64,000 nucleotides of DNA from Acidimicrobiales bacterium (GCA_035540955.1 DATLFP010000252.1:22884-86883), one strand, 5' to 3'; shown: positions 19,753 to 30,419, numbered from the stretch's first letter. Notes: a model not told the origin generated them from the sequence alone. Translations and numbers: made by a program.

Positions 19753-20655
19753 ATGCGAATCGGGTTGGGTGCGGGCGGAGGGTCGATCGATCAGGCCGTC
19801 GAGAGCGTCAAGAAGATCAAGGCCGACGGGTTCAGCTCGGCGTGGTTCAGCAACATCTTCGGCCTCGACGGGATGACGGCGTGCGCCGTCTCGGGCCGCG
19901 AGGTGCCCGACATCACGCTCGGAACCTTCGTGGTCCCCACCTACTCGCGCCATCCGCTCTACATGGCCCAGCAGGCGATGAGCACGCAGTCGGCATGCGG
20001 TGGGCGCTTCATCCTGGGCATCGGCCTGTCCCACCAGATCGTGATCGAGGGGATGCTCGGCCTGTCGTTCGAGAAGCCGGCCCGTCACATGCGGGAGTAC
20101 CTCGAGGTCCTGATGCCGCTGCTCGAGACCGGCACCGTCGAGCACACGGGCGAGGTGTTCAACGTGAACAACACCTTCGGGCCCATCGAGCGGATGGGCA
20201 CCACCACGCCGAAGGTCGTCGTCGCGGCCCTGGGCGAGGTCATGCTGAAGCTCGCCGGCCGGATGGCCGACGGCACCGCGACGTGGATGACCGGTCATCA
20301 GACGCTCGAGAGCCACGTGATCCCGACGATCAGCAAGGCGGCCTCGGACGCCGGGCGGCCGGCGCCGATGATCATCGCCGGCGTGCCGGTGTGCGTCACC
20401 GATGACGTCGACGCCGCGCGCGACCTGATCAACAGCTCGCTGCAGATCTACGGCACCCTGCCGAGCTACCGGGCCATGCTCGACAAGGAGGGTGCCGCAG
20501 GCCCCGCGGACGTCGCCATCCTCGGCGACGAGGACACGGTGCGTGCCGGGATGCAGCGCTACGCCGACATCGGCGTCACCGACTTCCAGGCCGCCATCGT
20601 TGGCACCCCCGCCGACTCCGCCCGGACCCTCGAGCTCGTCAAGTCCCTGACCTGA
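19753..20655 (+). CDS. luciferase-like (LLM class) F420-dependent oxidoreductase
   Basis: TIM-barrel LLM pattern: FSSAWFSNIFGLD, TFVVPTYSRHPL, RFILGIGLSHQIV. C-terminal part is typical of the F420-dependent LLM subgroup; cofactor assignment is inferred. Confidence 0.75.
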   Translation: MRIGLGAGGGSIDQAVESVKKIKADGFSSAWFSNIFGLDGMTACAVSGREVPDITLGTFVVPTYSRHPLYMAQQAMSTQSACGGRFILGIGLSHQIVIEGMLGLSFEKPARHMREYLEVLMPLLETGTVEHTGEVFNVNNTFGPIERMGTTTPKVVVAALGEVMLKLAGRMADGTATWMTGHQTLESHVIPTISKAASDAGRPAPMIIAGVPVCVTDDVDAARDLINSSLQIYGTLPSYRAMLDKEGAAGPADVAILGDEDTVRAGMQRYADIGVTDFQAAIVGTPADSARTLELVKSLT

Positions 20656-20658
20656 CAG

Positions 20659-20707
20659 GTTCTGGGAGCACTCAGGCGCGTAGAGCGCGCACCAGTGCTC
20701 CCAGATC
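20659..20707. repeat. 49-nt palindromic element GTTCTGGGAGCACT...AGTGCTCCCAGATC (repeat copy D)
   Basis: Spans the 16-nt gap between convergent stop codons (20655 and 20672) and runs into the last 12 codons of the N-acetyltransferase gene. 11-bp stem CTGGGAGCACT/AGTGCTCCCAG plus inner GCGCG/CGCGC. Confidence 0.5.
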
Positions 20708-21463
20708 GTCAGGGGGGAGGTCGAGGTGGAAGGTGTCGTGCAGCAGGGCGCCGTAGTCGTCCGGGTCGACGGGCGTCACCGTCATCGACGCGTCGGGCCT
20801 GCGCTCGGTGAGGTCGGTGCCGTGAAGGGTGAGCTGGCGGCGGTCCTCGCTGCGCTGCACCGTGGGCGCCTGCACGAACACCGACATCGGGTGGGTCGAC
20901 GAGAAGTGGTTGGGCGTCACGTAGTCGATGGGGTGTCGCGGCTCCTCCGAGAACGTGTAGAGCAACACGTCGTTCACTCGCATCGCCCACACCTCCTCGC
21001 CCTCCGGCGCCACCAGTCGCGCCGTGCTCCACGTCCACGCTCCGTAGGTCGCTGCTCCATCCAGCGGTACGGGTCCGAGCGGCGTCGCGGATCCGAACCC
21101 GACATCGACCACGACGCGCTCCGCGTGCGAACCGGGTGCCGTGCCACCGACGAAGAGCACCATGTGCGTCGCCGGCCGCGGGTTGACCGGATCGCCGAGG
21201 CGAACCCGTCCGAGCAACCTCGTCACGCTGAAGCCGAGGTTCTCCAGCACGGTCGCGAACAGCAGGTTGTGCTCGTAGCAGTAGCCGCCCCGCCTGCCGT
21301 CGACCAGCTTGGAGACCAGGCTGTCGATGTCGATGCGGATCTCGCGGCCGAGGTGGATGTCGAGGTTCTCGTACGGGATCGACTGCACGTGGGCGCGGTG
21401 CAGCGCCTCGAGGGACAGGTCGGATCCGTCGAGTCCGACCCGGGCGAGGTAGCGATCGATCAG
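20672..21463 (-). CDS. arylamine N-acetyltransferase
   Basis: YLARVGLDG..LEALHRAHVQSIPYENLD and catalytic-Cys block RRGGYCYEHN. ORF 20672..22012 trimmed. No in-frame ATG/GTG/TTG lies before the conserved N-terminus, so I place the start provisionally at CTG 21463, which overlaps the upstream TGA. Confidence 0.7.
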   Translation of the reverse strand: MIDRYLARVGLDGSDLSLEALHRAHVQSIPYENLDIHLGREIRIDIDSLVSKLVDGRRGGYCYEHNLLFATVLENLGFSVTRLLGRVRLGDPVNPRPATHMVLFVGGTAPGSHAERVVVDVGFGSATPLGPVPLDGAATYGAWTWSTARLVAPEGEEVWAMRVNDVLLYTFSEEPRHPIDYVTPNHFSSTHPMSVFVQAPTVQRSEDRRQLTLHGTDLTERRPDASMTVTPVDPDDYGALLHDTFHLDLPPDDLGALVRALRA

Positions 21464-22413
21464 AGAGCGGGGACGGTATCGACCAGCCCGGCCGCTGCGG
21501 TCGCGAGGGCGTCGATCGCCTCGCGCCGACCGGTGACCGGCGCCAGCGCCTCGACCGCTTCCCGGCAGTAGGCGGCGGCGAGCACGAGCGAGTCCTCGAT
21601 CGCCCCATCGGCGCGCACCAGCTTGCGAGCGTGGTCGACGTCGTCGCGCCCGAGCGGGGAGCCGAGCAGCCCCCGCAGCTCGCCGGCAACCGCGTCGCCG
21701 CGGCGCAGCGCGCGGATGACCGGGAGGTTGTAGATGCCCTCGGCGAGGTCCTGGCCCGACGGCTTGCCGAGCTGCTCGTCGGTGGCCACCACGTCGAGGA
21801 TGTCGTCGACGATCTGGAACGCCATCCCGTAGCGGTGGCCGTAGAGCGTGAGCGCCTCCACCTGGTCGCGGGGCAGGTCGGCGACGATGGCGCCGATCCG
21901 GGTGGCGGCGGCGAAGAGCGATGCGGTCTTGCCGGCGATCGCCGACAGGTACTGCTCCTCGGTGCGCTCGGCGTTGAACGTCGTCTGCAGCTCCCGCACC
22001 TGCCCCTCGCACAGGGCCCCGATCGTCTTGGCCAGCAGCTCGGCCACCTCCACGCCGAGCGACGCGGCGATCTCGGACGCCTTGGCGAGGAGGAAGTCGC
22101 CCGACAGGATCGCCCGCAGGTTGCCCCAGCGGGCATTGACCGACTCGACGCCGCGCCGGGTCAGGGCCTCGTCCATCACGTCGTCGTGGTGGAGGGAGCC
22201 GACCTGGACGAGCTCGACGGCCACGCCCCCGAGGACGACCCCGTCGGGCACCGGGAGACCGGTGCGGACCGCCCCGACCGCCACCGAGAACGCCGGCCGC
22301 AGACGCTTGCCGCCGGCGCGGATCAGGTGGGACGCGATCTCGGTGAGGTAGGCGTCGTCGGCCACCACCGAGGAGCGCAGGGCGTCCTCCACCCGGGTGA
22401 GCTCCCCGGCCAT
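21460..22413 (-). CDS. polyprenyl diphosphate synthase (trans-isoprenyl diphosphate synthase family)
   Basis: ORF 21460..22632 trimmed to ATG 22413 ([10 protein letters not shown]). First Asp-rich motif LHHDDVMDE, second [15 protein letters not shown]. Chain length cannot be told from sequence. Confidence 0.85.
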   Translation of the reverse strand: MAGELTRVEDALRSSVVADDAYLTEIASHLIRAGGKRLRPAFSVAVGAVRTGLPVPDGVVLGGVAVELVQVGSLHHDDVMDEALTRRGVESVNARWGNLRAILSGDFLLAKASEIAASLGVEVAELLAKTIGALCEGQVRELQTTFNAERTEEQYLSAIAGKTASLFAAATRIGAIVADLPRDQVEALTLYGHRYGMAFQIVDDILDVVATDEQLGKPSGQDLAEGIYNLPVIRALRRGDAVAGELRGLLGSPLGRDDVDHARKLVRADGAIEDSLVLAAAYCREAVEALAPVTGRREAIDALATAAAGLVDTVPAL

Positions 22414-22555
22414 CCCGTCGAGGGCGAGCAGGGGTGACGGCAGGGCCACGAAAACGACGCTAGCCGGGCCCCGCCACCTGCTCCGCTTCGCAACCCGGCC
22501 CCCCAGAGGCGCCTGCCCGGAGCGAGACGAAAAACGCGGCGTAGAGTGGGGAGCG

Positions 22556-25060
22556 ATGTTCGAGAGGTTCACCGACCGAGCCCGCCGAGTGGTCGTCCTC
22601 GCCCAAGAGGAAGCACGCCTGCTCAACCACAACTACATCGGCACCGAGCACATCCTGCTCGGGCTGATCCACGAGGGCGAGGGCGTGGCGGCCAAGGCCC
22701 TCGAGTCGCTCGGCATCTCGCTCGAGGCCGTCCGCAGCCAGGTCGAGGAGATCATCGGCCAGGGCGGCTCCAGCCCGTCGGGTCACATCCCGTTCACGCC
22801 TCGGGCCAAGAAGGTCCTCGAGCTCAGCCTGCGCGAAGCGCTGCAGCTCGGACACAACTACATCGGCACCGAGCACATCCTGCTCGGGCTCATCCGCGAG
22901 GGCGAGGGCGTTGCTGCCCAGGTGCTCGTGAAGCTGGGCGCCGACCTCAGCCGGGTCCGCCAGCAGGTCATCCAGCTCCTCTCCGGGTACTCGGGCTCGG
23001 CACCCGGCGGCGAGGGCCAGGGCAAGGCCGGCCAGGCCGCCGGCAGCCAGACGGGTGAGTCGCCGTCGGGCTCGCTCGTGCTCGACCAGTTCGGCCGCAA
23101 CCTCACCCAGCAGGCGCGCGAGAAGAAGCTCGATCCGGTCATCGGCCGCCATCGCGAGATCGAGCGGGTGATGCAGGTGCTGTCGCGCCGCACCAAGAAC
23201 AATCCCGTCCTCATCGGCGAGCCCGGCGTCGGCAAGACGGCGATCGTCGAGGGTCTCGCCCAGAAGATCGTGGGCGGCGACGTGCCCGAGACGCTCAAGG
23301 GCAAGCAGCTCTACACCCTCGACCTCGGTGCGCTCGTGGCCGGCTCCCGCTACCGCGGCGACTTCGAGGAGCGGCTGAAGAAGGTCCTCAAGGAGATCCG
23401 CACCCGCGGCGACATCATCCTGTTCATCGACGAGCTGCACACGCTCGTGGGGGCCGGCGCCGCCGAAGGCGCCATCGACGCGGCATCGATCCTCAAGCCG
23501 ATGCTCGCCCGCGGCGAGCTGCAGACCGTCGGCGCCACCACCATCGAGGAGTACCGCAAGTACCTCGAGAAGGACGCCGCCCTCGAGCGTCGGTTCCAGC
23601 CGATCAAGGTCGAGGAGCCGACCGTCGCCCACACCATCGAGATCCTGAAGGGCCTCCGTGATCGGTACGAGGCCCACCACCGGGTGACGATCACCGACCA
23701 GGCGCTCGTGGCGGCCGCCAACCTCGCCGACCGCTACATCAGTGACCGCCACCTCCCGGACAAGGCCATCGACCTCATCGACGAGGCCGGCTCGCGCATG
23801 CGTATCCGCCGCATGCAGGCGCCGCCCGACCTGAAGGAGCTCGAGAACGAGATCGCCCGCGTGCAGCACGCGAAGAAGGAGGCGGTCGAGGGGCAGCACT
23901 ACGAGGAGGCCGGCAAGCTCCGCGACGAGGAGAAGTCGCTGCTCGAGGAGAAGGCCCGCAAGGAGGCCGAGATCAAGGAGTCGGGCGTCGATCTCTTCGA
24001 CGAGGTCGACGAGGAGGCCATCGCCGAGGTCCTGTCGATCTGGACCGGGATCCCGGTGTTCAAGCTCACCGAGGAGGAGACCCAGAAGCTCCTCCGCATG
24101 GAAGACGAGCTGCACAAGCGGGTCGTCGGCCAGCAGGACGCCATCCGCGCCGTGTCGCAGGCCATCCGCCGCACCCGCGCCGGGCTCAAGGATCCCCGCC
24201 GCCCCAGCGGGTCGTTCATCTTCCTCGGGCCCTCGGGCGTCGGCAAGACCATGACCGCCCGCACGCTCGCCGAGTTCCTCTTCGGCGACGAGGCGGCGCT
24301 GATCAGCCTCGACATGTCCGAGTACATGGAGAAGCACACCGTCAGCCGGCTCGTGGGCTCACCTCCCGGCTACGTCGGCTACGAGGAGGGCGGCCAGCTC
24401 ACCGAGGCCGTGCGCCGCAAGCCGTTCTCGGTCGTGCTGTTCGACGAGATCGAGAAGGCCCATCCCGACGTCTTCAACACGCTGCTGCAGGTGCTCGAGG
24501 AGGGCCGGCTCACCGACTCCCAGGGCCGGTCGGTCGACTTCCGGAACACCGTCATCATCATGACCTCGAACCTCGGCACCGCCGACCTGCGCAAGGCCAA
24601 CGTGGGCTTCGCCAAGGTCGACGAGGCCGTCTCCTACGCCAAGATGAAGGAGAAGGTCAACGACGCCCTCAAGCAGCACTTCCGGCCGGAGTTCCTGAAC
24701 CGCATCGACGAGGTCATCGTCTTCCACGAGCTGTCGCGCGACGAGGTCGTGCAGATGGTCGACCTCGAGATCAAGCGGGTCCAGAACCAGCTGGTCGGCC
24801 AGGGCCTCGGCCTCGAGCTCACCGATGCCGCCAAGCACCTGCTCGCCGATCGCGGCTACGACCCGACCCTCGGCGGCCGGCCCCTGCGCCGAGCCATCCA
24901 GCGGCTCATCGAGGACCCGCTCTCCGAGCGGCTCCTCTACAAGGAGTTCAGCGCCGGCCTCACCGTCATCGCCGACGTCGAGGGCGACGAGATCGTGTTC
25001 CGCTCGGTCGAGGGCTTCGAGCCCCCGCCGGTGGAGATGGTCGAGGCCGACCAGTTCTAG
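22556..25060 (+). CDS. clpC: ATP-dependent Clp protease ATP-binding subunit ClpC
   Basis: ORF 22397..25060 trimmed to ATG 22556 ([13 protein letters not shown]). Duplicated Clp_N repeat ([15 protein letters not shown] / [15 protein letters not shown]), Walker A GEPGVGKT and [11 protein letters not shown]-like linker. Confidence 0.97.
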   Translation: MFERFTDRARRVVVLAQEEARLLNHNYIGTEHILLGLIHEGEGVAAKALESLGISLEAVRSQVEEIIGQGGSSPSGHIPFTPRAKKVLELSLREALQLGHNYIGTEHILLGLIREGEGVAAQVLVKLGADLSRVRQQVIQLLSGYSGSAPGGEGQGKAGQAAGSQTGESPSGSLVLDQFGRNLTQQAREKKLDPVIGRHREIERVMQVLSRRTKNNPVLIGEPGVGKTAIVEGLAQKIVGGDVPETLKGKQLYTLDLGALVAGSRYRGDFEERLKKVLKEIRTRGDIILFIDELHTLVGAGAAEGAIDAASILKPMLARGELQTVGATTIEEYRKYLEKDAALERRFQPIKVEEPTVAHTIEILKGLRDRYEAHHRVTITDQALVAAANLADRYISDRHLPDKAIDLIDEAGSRMRIRRMQAPPDLKELENEIARVQHAKKEAVEGQHYEEAGKLRDEEKSLLEEKARKEAEIKESGVDLFDEVDEEAIAEVLSIWTGIPVFKLTEEETQKLLRMEDELHKRVVGQQDAIRAVSQAIRRTRAGLKDPRRPSGSFIFLGPSGVGKTMTARTLAEFLFGDEAALISLDMSEYMEKHTVSRLVGSPPGYVGYEEGGQLTEAVRRKPFSVVLFDEIEKAHPDVFNTLLQVLEEGRLTDSQGRSVDFRNTVIIMTSNLGTADLRKANVGFAKVDEAVSYAKMKEKVNDALKQHFRPEFLNRIDEVIVFHELSRDEVVQMVDLEIKRVQNQLVGQGLGLELTDAAKHLLADRGYDPTLGGRPLRRAIQRLIEDPLSERLLYKEFSAGLTVIADVEGDEIVFRSVEGFEPPPVEMVEADQF

Positions 25061-25106
25061 GCGCCGGGTGCGCTTGACCCGCTGAGGGAGCAACTTCCTA
25101 CGATGC

Positions 25107-27146
25107 GTGGGATGGCGGTGGACGGTGGTCGCTCGACTTGGTGAGGCCTTCACCGACGCGCTCACGGCGAGCGTCGGCGAAGGTGTGTACGCCATCGACC
25201 TGGAGGGTCGTCTCACCTACATGAACCCGGCGGCGGCGCGGATCCTCGGCTGGGAGCCCGAGGAGCTGCTCGGCGTCGAGATCCACGACCTGCTGCACCG
25301 CTACGACGCCCAGGGACGGATCCGCCCGGCGACCGAGTGCAGCCTCTTCGCCGTCGTCCGCACCGGCGTGCCGATCACCGTCGACGACGACGTCTTCGTC
25401 CACCGCGACGGCCACCTCGTGCCGATCGCGTGCTCCTCGTCGCCGATTGTCACCGACGGCGAGACGATCGGCGCCGTGGTGGCGTTCCACGACATCAGCG
25501 AGCAGAAGCGCACTCAGGCGCGGCTCGTCACCGAGGCGCAGATCAACGAGACGCTCCTCGGCATCGCCACCGCCCTCAACGACGAGCGCGACCTCACGGC
25601 CGTGGTGCAGCTCGTGATCGACGCCGGCACGACGGTGACGGGCGCGGCGTACGGGGCGTTCTTCTACAACGTCGTCGACGACCGGGGCGAGCCCCACATG
25701 CTCTACGCGGTCTCCGGCGTCGACCGGTCCGCGTTCGAGCTGCTTCCCCTCCCGCGCAACACCGCGGTGATCGGGCCGACCTTCGCCGGCGCCGACACGG
25801 TTCGCTTCGACGATGTCACCGCCGCGCCCGAGTACGGCCAGAGCCCGCCGTTCGGGGGGGTGCCCGAGGGCCATCCCCCCGTCCGGAGCTACCTCGCAGC
25901 GCCCGTCGTCGATCAGAACGGCGAGGTGCTCGGCGGGCTCCTCTTGGGGCACCCGGACGCCGGCGTCTTCACCGCGCTGCACGAGCGCCTGGTCGAGGCG
26001 ATGGCGGCCCATGCCGCCTCCGCCCTGCGCAACGCCCGGCAGCTCGAGCAGGAGCAGCGGATCTCCGAGACGCTGCAGCGGAGCATGCTGCCGCGGACGC
26101 TCCCGACCCCCGCGGGGATCGACGCGACGGCGCGCTACCTGCCGGCACAGGACGGCGCCGAGGTCGGGGGCGACTGGTACGACGTCGTCCCCCTCGGCGG
26201 CGACCGCTTCGCCCTGGTGATGGGCGACGTCGCCGGCCACAACGTGCGGGCGGCGAGCGTGATGGCCGAGGTCCGCAACGCCGTCCGGGCGTACGCGGTG
26301 GAGGGCCACTCGCCCTCGGGAGTCATCGAGCGGGCCAACCGGTTCCTCTGCCTCCTCGCCCCCGAGGAGCTCGCCACCTGCTGCTACATGGAGCTCCAGC
26401 TGAGCGAGGGGACGGCGACCATCGTGCTCGCCGGGCACCCTCCGCCGCTGATCTCGGTGGGGGGCGAATCGTGGTTCGTGGAGGCGGAGACCGGCATGCC
26501 GCTCGGCGTGGACCACGATGCCCGCTTCGGGGAGACCACCGTCCGGCTGCCCCGGGACGGCATGCTCGCCCTCTACACCGACGGGCTGGTCGACCAGGTC
26601 CACCTGCCCCTCGCCGAAGGGCTGGAGCGGCTCCGGCTCGCGGTCGCGGAGTCCTCCGGAGATCTCGAGACGACCGCCGACTCGATCCTCGTCGAGACCG
26701 CCGGGGTCCGTACCCACGACGACGCCGCACTCCTGCTCGTCGCGCTGTCGGGTGCGCTCCCGGAGGACTCGGCGGACATCGGGCGTTGGCTCCCCCGCGA
26801 TCCGGGCAGCGCCGCCGCCGCCCGGCGGTTCGTCGGCGACGTCCTCGCCGGCTGGGACCTGGGCGGTGAACAGGTGACCATCGCCCAGCTCCTCGTGAGC
26901 GAGCTGGTCACCAATGCCGTCATCCACACCGCCGGTCCCCTCGAGGTGCGGGTCCACCGACAGGACGACGGGATCCGCGTCGCGGTGCGGGACGAGAGCG
27001 GCGAGCGCCCCGCCGCCATCGCCTCGGGCACCCTCGACGGCACCTCGGGTCGCGGCCTCGTGCTCGTCGACAAGCTGAGCTCCTGCTGGGGCGTCGACGT
27101 CGCCGGCATGGGCAAGATCGTCTGGTTCGAGCTCGTCCCCGCCTGA
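25107..27146 (+). CDS. PAS-GAF-PP2C(SpoIIE) phosphatase fused to an RsbW-like HATPase_c domain
   Basis: PAS (GVYAIDLEGRLTYMNPAAARILGW), GAF region, PP2C blocks (AEVGGDWYDV, VMGDVAGHN, LYTDGLVD), C-terminal ATPase (SELVTNAVIHT...GRGLVLVDKLSSCWG). The GTG 25107 start is uncertain. Confidence 0.8.
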   Translation: MGWRWTVVARLGEAFTDALTASVGEGVYAIDLEGRLTYMNPAAARILGWEPEELLGVEIHDLLHRYDAQGRIRPATECSLFAVVRTGVPITVDDDVFVHRDGHLVPIACSSSPIVTDGETIGAVVAFHDISEQKRTQARLVTEAQINETLLGIATALNDERDLTAVVQLVIDAGTTVTGAAYGAFFYNVVDDRGEPHMLYAVSGVDRSAFELLPLPRNTAVIGPTFAGADTVRFDDVTAAPEYGQSPPFGGVPEGHPPVRSYLAAPVVDQNGEVLGGLLLGHPDAGVFTALHERLVEAMAAHAASALRNARQLEQEQRISETLQRSMLPRTLPTPAGIDATARYLPAQDGAEVGGDWYDVVPLGGDRFALVMGDVAGHNVRAASVMAEVRNAVRAYAVEGHSPSGVIERANRFLCLLAPEELATCCYMELQLSEGTATIVLAGHPPPLISVGGESWFVEAETGMPLGVDHDARFGETTVRLPRDGMLALYTDGLVDQVHLPLAEGLERLRLAVAESSGDLETTADSILVETAGVRTHDDAALLLVALSGALPEDSADIGRWLPRDPGSAAAARRFVGDVLAGWDLGGEQVTIAQLLVSELVTNAVIHTAGPLEVRVHRQDDGIRVAVRDESGERPAAIASGTLDGTSGRGLVLVDKLSSCWGVDVAGMGKIVWFELVPA

Positions 27147-27200
27147 TCCGGTCCGGGCCGGTCCGCGCCACTGTCACACCGCCGTCGTACGTTTGTTCGC

Positions 27201-28547
27201 ATGACGAAGGTGAAGGCCGTCTACCGGTGCGCCGAGTGCGGCGGCGAGAGCCCCAAGTGGCTCGGGCGCTGCCCGGCGTGCGAGGCGTGGGGCAGCCTGG
27301 CCGAGGAGCTGGCGTCGGTCCGCACGCCGGCGCCGACCTCGCCGCTGTCGGTGCCGACCCAGATCGGCGAGGTCGATCTCGGGGCGTGGTCGGCGACGCC
27401 CACCGGCCTCACCGAGCTCGACCGGGTGCTGGGCGGCGGGCTGGTGCCGGGTTCGGTCACGGTGCTCGGTGGCGAGCCCGGCATCGGCAAGTCGACCCTC
27501 CTCCTGCAGGTGCTGGCGGGCATGGCGGCCTTCGGCAGCCGGTGCCTGCTCGTCACCGCCGAGGAGTCGGCCCAGCAGGTGCGGGTGCGGGCCGAGCGCC
27601 TCGGCACGATCGTGCCCGACCTCTACCTCGTCTCGGAGACGGCTCTGCCGAACGTCCTCGCCCACGTCGAGGATCTCGCGCCCGACGTGCTGGTGATCGA
27701 CTCCATCCAGACGGTGCAGGACCCCGAGCTCGGGTCGGCACCGGGCTCGGTGGCGCAGGTCCGGGAGTGCGCCCACCGGCTCGTGCGAGCGGCCAAGGAA
27801 CGGGGGATGGCGACCGTCCTCGTGGGCCACGTCACCAAGGAGGGCGGCCTGGCCGGCCCGCGCGTGCTCGAGCACGTCGTCGACACCGTCTTGTCCTTCG
27901 AGGGGGAGCGGCACCACGCCCTCCGCCTGCTGCGGGCCGCGAAGCACCGCTTCGGGGCCACCTCCGAGCTCGGGCTCTTCGAGATGACGGGCACCGGGCT
28001 GGTCGGGGTGCCCGATCCGAGCCGGTTGTTCCTGGCCGATCGGCGGGAGGGGCTGCCGGGCTCGGTCGTCGTCCCCACCCTCGACGGCCACCGCCCCCTG
28101 CTGGTCGAGGTGCAGGCGCTCGTGACCGGCTCGTCGCTGCCCCAGCCCCGTCGCAGCGCCCAGGGGCTCGATCCCGGCCGGCTCTCCCTGTTGCTCGCCG
28201 TGCTCTCCCGGCCGGTGAGCACGTTGGCGCGGGCCGACGTGCACGTCTCGGCCGCCGGCGGGGTGCGCATCGTCGAGCCCGGCGCCGACCTCGCCGTGGC
28301 GCTCGCGCTGGTGTCCTCGGCCCGGAACCTGCCGTTGCCGGCCGACCTCGTCGCCTGCGGCGAGGTCGGCCTGGGTGGGGAGGTGCGCCAGGTGAGTCAG
28401 ACGCCCCGCCGCCTGGCCGAGGCGGCGCGACTCGGCTTCAAGCGGGCGATCGTTCCGTTCTCGGCGCCCGATCCACCACCGGGGATCGAGGTGCTGAAGG
28501 CCTCCACGGTGACCTGGGCCATCGAACGAGCCGGCCTCACCGCGTAG
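27201..28547 (+). CDS. radA: DNA repair protein RadA
   Basis: Zn finger CAECGGESPKWLGRCPAC, Walker A GEPGIGKSTL, KHRFG (KNRFG-type) motif, Lon-like C-terminal domain. Confidence 0.95.
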   Translation: MTKVKAVYRCAECGGESPKWLGRCPACEAWGSLAEELASVRTPAPTSPLSVPTQIGEVDLGAWSATPTGLTELDRVLGGGLVPGSVTVLGGEPGIGKSTLLLQVLAGMAAFGSRCLLVTAEESAQQVRVRAERLGTIVPDLYLVSETALPNVLAHVEDLAPDVLVIDSIQTVQDPELGSAPGSVAQVRECAHRLVRAAKERGMATVLVGHVTKEGGLAGPRVLEHVVDTVLSFEGERHHALRLLRAAKHRFGATSELGLFEMTGTGLVGVPDPSRLFLADRREGLPGSVVVPTLDGHRPLLVEVQALVTGSSLPQPRRSAQGLDPGRLSLLLAVLSRPVSTLARADVHVSAAGGVRIVEPGADLAVALALVSSARNLPLPADLVACGEVGLGGEVRQVSQTPRRLAEAARLGFKRAIVPFSAPDPPPGIEVLKASTVTWAIERAGLTA

Positions 28548-28558
28548 GATCCGGCGTG

Positions 28559-29629
28559 ATGGCGCCGCGTCGCAGCGTGAACATGCTCGATGCGCTCGCC
28601 GCGGTCGCTCCCGGGACGCCCCTGCGGGAGGGCCTCGACCGCATCCTCCAGGCCGGCATGGGCGCGCTCGTCGTCGTCGGCGACGGGCCCGAGGTGCTCA
28701 ACATCTGCTCGGGCGGGTTCCTCCTCGACGCCGCGTTCAGCCCCCAGCGGCTGAGCGAGCTGGCCAAGATGGACGGCGCCATCATCCTCGCCCCGGACTC
28801 GAGCCGGATCGCCCGCGCCAACGTGCACCTCGTACCGAACCCGAACGTGCCCACCTCCGAGACCGGCACGCGCCACCGCACCGCCGAGCGGGTGGCGCGG
28901 TCGATCCCCGTGCCGGTGATCTCCGTCTCGGAGGATCAGCAGGTGATCGCCGTCTACGTGAACGACGAGAAGCACCCGCTCGAGAACATCCCCCGGCTCC
29001 TCAACCGCGCCATCCAGGCCCTGTCGACGCTCGAGCGCTACCGCAACCGGCTCGACACCGTCGCCAGCTCGCTCTCGGCGCTCGAGATCGAGGACCTGGT
29101 GACCTTGCGCGACGTCGTCACCGTCCTGCAGCGCACCGAGATGGTGCGCCGTGTGGCCGAGGAGATCGACGGCTACATCGTCGAGCTCGGCGTCGACGGG
29201 CGTCTCGTCCGCCTGCAGCTCGAGGAGCTGATGGGCGGGGTCGACGACGACCGGCGGCTCGTCATCCAGGACTACTTCCACGAGGACCGCGACTGGCACC
29301 TGAGCGAGGCGATGCTCGCCCTGTCCGAGCTCAGCACCGACGACCTGCTCGACCTGAAGACCGTCGCCGCCATGCTGCACCTGCCGGGGACGGGCGATCT
29401 CGACCTGTCGCTCTCGCCGCGCGGCTACCGGTTGCTGGCCAAGATCCCCCGTCTGCCCGAGAACGTCCTCGACCGGATCGTCGAGCGGTTCGGCAACCTG
29501 CAGAAGATCATGCGGGCGAGCATCGACGACCTCGACGACGTCGAAGGGGTGGGCGAGACGCGGGCGAAGGCGATCAAGGAAGGGCTGTCTCGCCTCGCCG
29601 AGACCAGCATCCTCGACCGCTACTCGTGA
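28559..29629 (+). CDS. disA: DNA integrity scanning protein DisA (diadenylate cyclase)
   Basis: ORF 27227..29629 trimmed to ATG 28559. DAC domain GALVVVGD...MDGAIILAPD...GTRHRTAERV, C-terminal HhH (VEGVGETRAKAIKEGL). radA-disA adjacency is conserved. Confidence 0.9.
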   Translation: MAPRRSVNMLDALAAVAPGTPLREGLDRILQAGMGALVVVGDGPEVLNICSGGFLLDAAFSPQRLSELAKMDGAIILAPDSSRIARANVHLVPNPNVPTSETGTRHRTAERVARSIPVPVISVSEDQQVIAVYVNDEKHPLENIPRLLNRAIQALSTLERYRNRLDTVASSLSALEIEDLVTLRDVVTVLQRTEMVRRVAEEIDGYIVELGVDGRLVRLQLEELMGGVDDDRRLVIQDYFHEDRDWHLSEAMLALSELSTDDLLDLKTVAAMLHLPGTGDLDLSLSPRGYRLLAKIPRLPENVLDRIVERFGNLQKIMRASIDDLDDVEGVGETRAKAIKEGLSRLAETSILDRYS

Positions 29630-29646
29630 CCCGGGCGTCGGGCCGA

Positions 29647-29692
29647 CCTCTCTCAGCCGGGGCTCGCCGCCGGCGTCGCCCCGGCCGAGAGG
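29647..29692. terminator. stem-loop downstream of disA
   Basis: CCTCTC-tca-GCCGGGGC ... GCCCCGGC-c-GAGAGG (6+8 bp stem with a small bulge), 18 nt after the disA stop. No U-tract. Confidence 0.4.
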
Positions 29693-29731
29693 TGGGGCAC
29701 TCGTTCCCAACCTGAACGGAGCTTGAAACGC

Positions 29732-30391
29732 ATGCGCATCTCGCTTCCCTCCGGCACCGAGGCCGAGCTGGCCGTCCCCGACGGCGAGGCGCGGCGCGGC
29801 GTCGTGCTCGCTCCCGACATCATGGGCCTGCGGCCGCTGTTCGACGACCTGTGCGCCCGGCTGGCGGCCGAGCACGGCTGGGCGGTGCTCGCCCCCGAGC
29901 CGTTCCCCGGGCGCGAGGCGCTGTCGCTCGAGGACCGCATGAGGGCTGTCGGCGCCCTGCAGGACGACAAGCAGGTCGGCGACCTCACCGAGGCCGCCGA
30001 CCACCTCCGCGGGCTCGGTGTGGAGCCGATCGCCGTGCTCGGGTTCTGCATGGGCGGCATGTACGCGCTGAAGGCCAGCGCGGCCGGCCCCTTCGACCGG
30101 GCCGTCGCCTTCTACGGCATGATCCGCGTCCCGCCGCAGTGGCAGGGCGACGGGCAGGGTCCGCCCCTCGAGTGCGTGGCGGCCCCGGGCGCGGCCGACG
30201 TGCTGGCGATCATCGGCACCGACGACCCCTACACGCCGCCCGACGACGTCGACGCGCTCGAGGCGCTCGGCGCCACGGTGGTGCGCTACGAGGGCGCCCA
30301 GCACGGGTTCGTGCACGACCCCTCCCGCCCCGCCCACCGCCCCGCCGACGCCGTCGACGCCTGGCGGCGGGTCGCCGCGTTCCTGGCCTGA
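29732..30391 (+). CDS. dienelactone hydrolase family protein
   Basis: alpha/beta hydrolase with Cys nucleophile elbow GFCMGG and C-terminal GAQHGF. ATG 29732 preferred (GGAG 10 nt upstream) over the TTG 29723 of the ORF track. Confidence 0.75.
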   Translation: MRISLPSGTEAELAVPDGEARRGVVLAPDIMGLRPLFDDLCARLAAEHGWAVLAPEPFPGREALSLEDRMRAVGALQDDKQVGDLTEAADHLRGLGVEPIAVLGFCMGGMYALKASAAGPFDRAVAFYGMIRVPPQWQGDGQGPPLECVAAPGAADVLAIIGTDDPYTPPDDVDALEALGATVVRYEGAQHGFVHDPSRPAHRPADAVDAWRRVAAFLA

Positions 30392-30419
30392 CGGCGCTGC
30401 TCACCGGGCGCCGAGGGCG

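Noticed and set aside
22460-24337. 625-aa minus-strand ORF
   Set aside because: Exactly antisense to clpC, with a low-complexity product rich in L/A/G/R/D/E. It is a GC-driven artefact.
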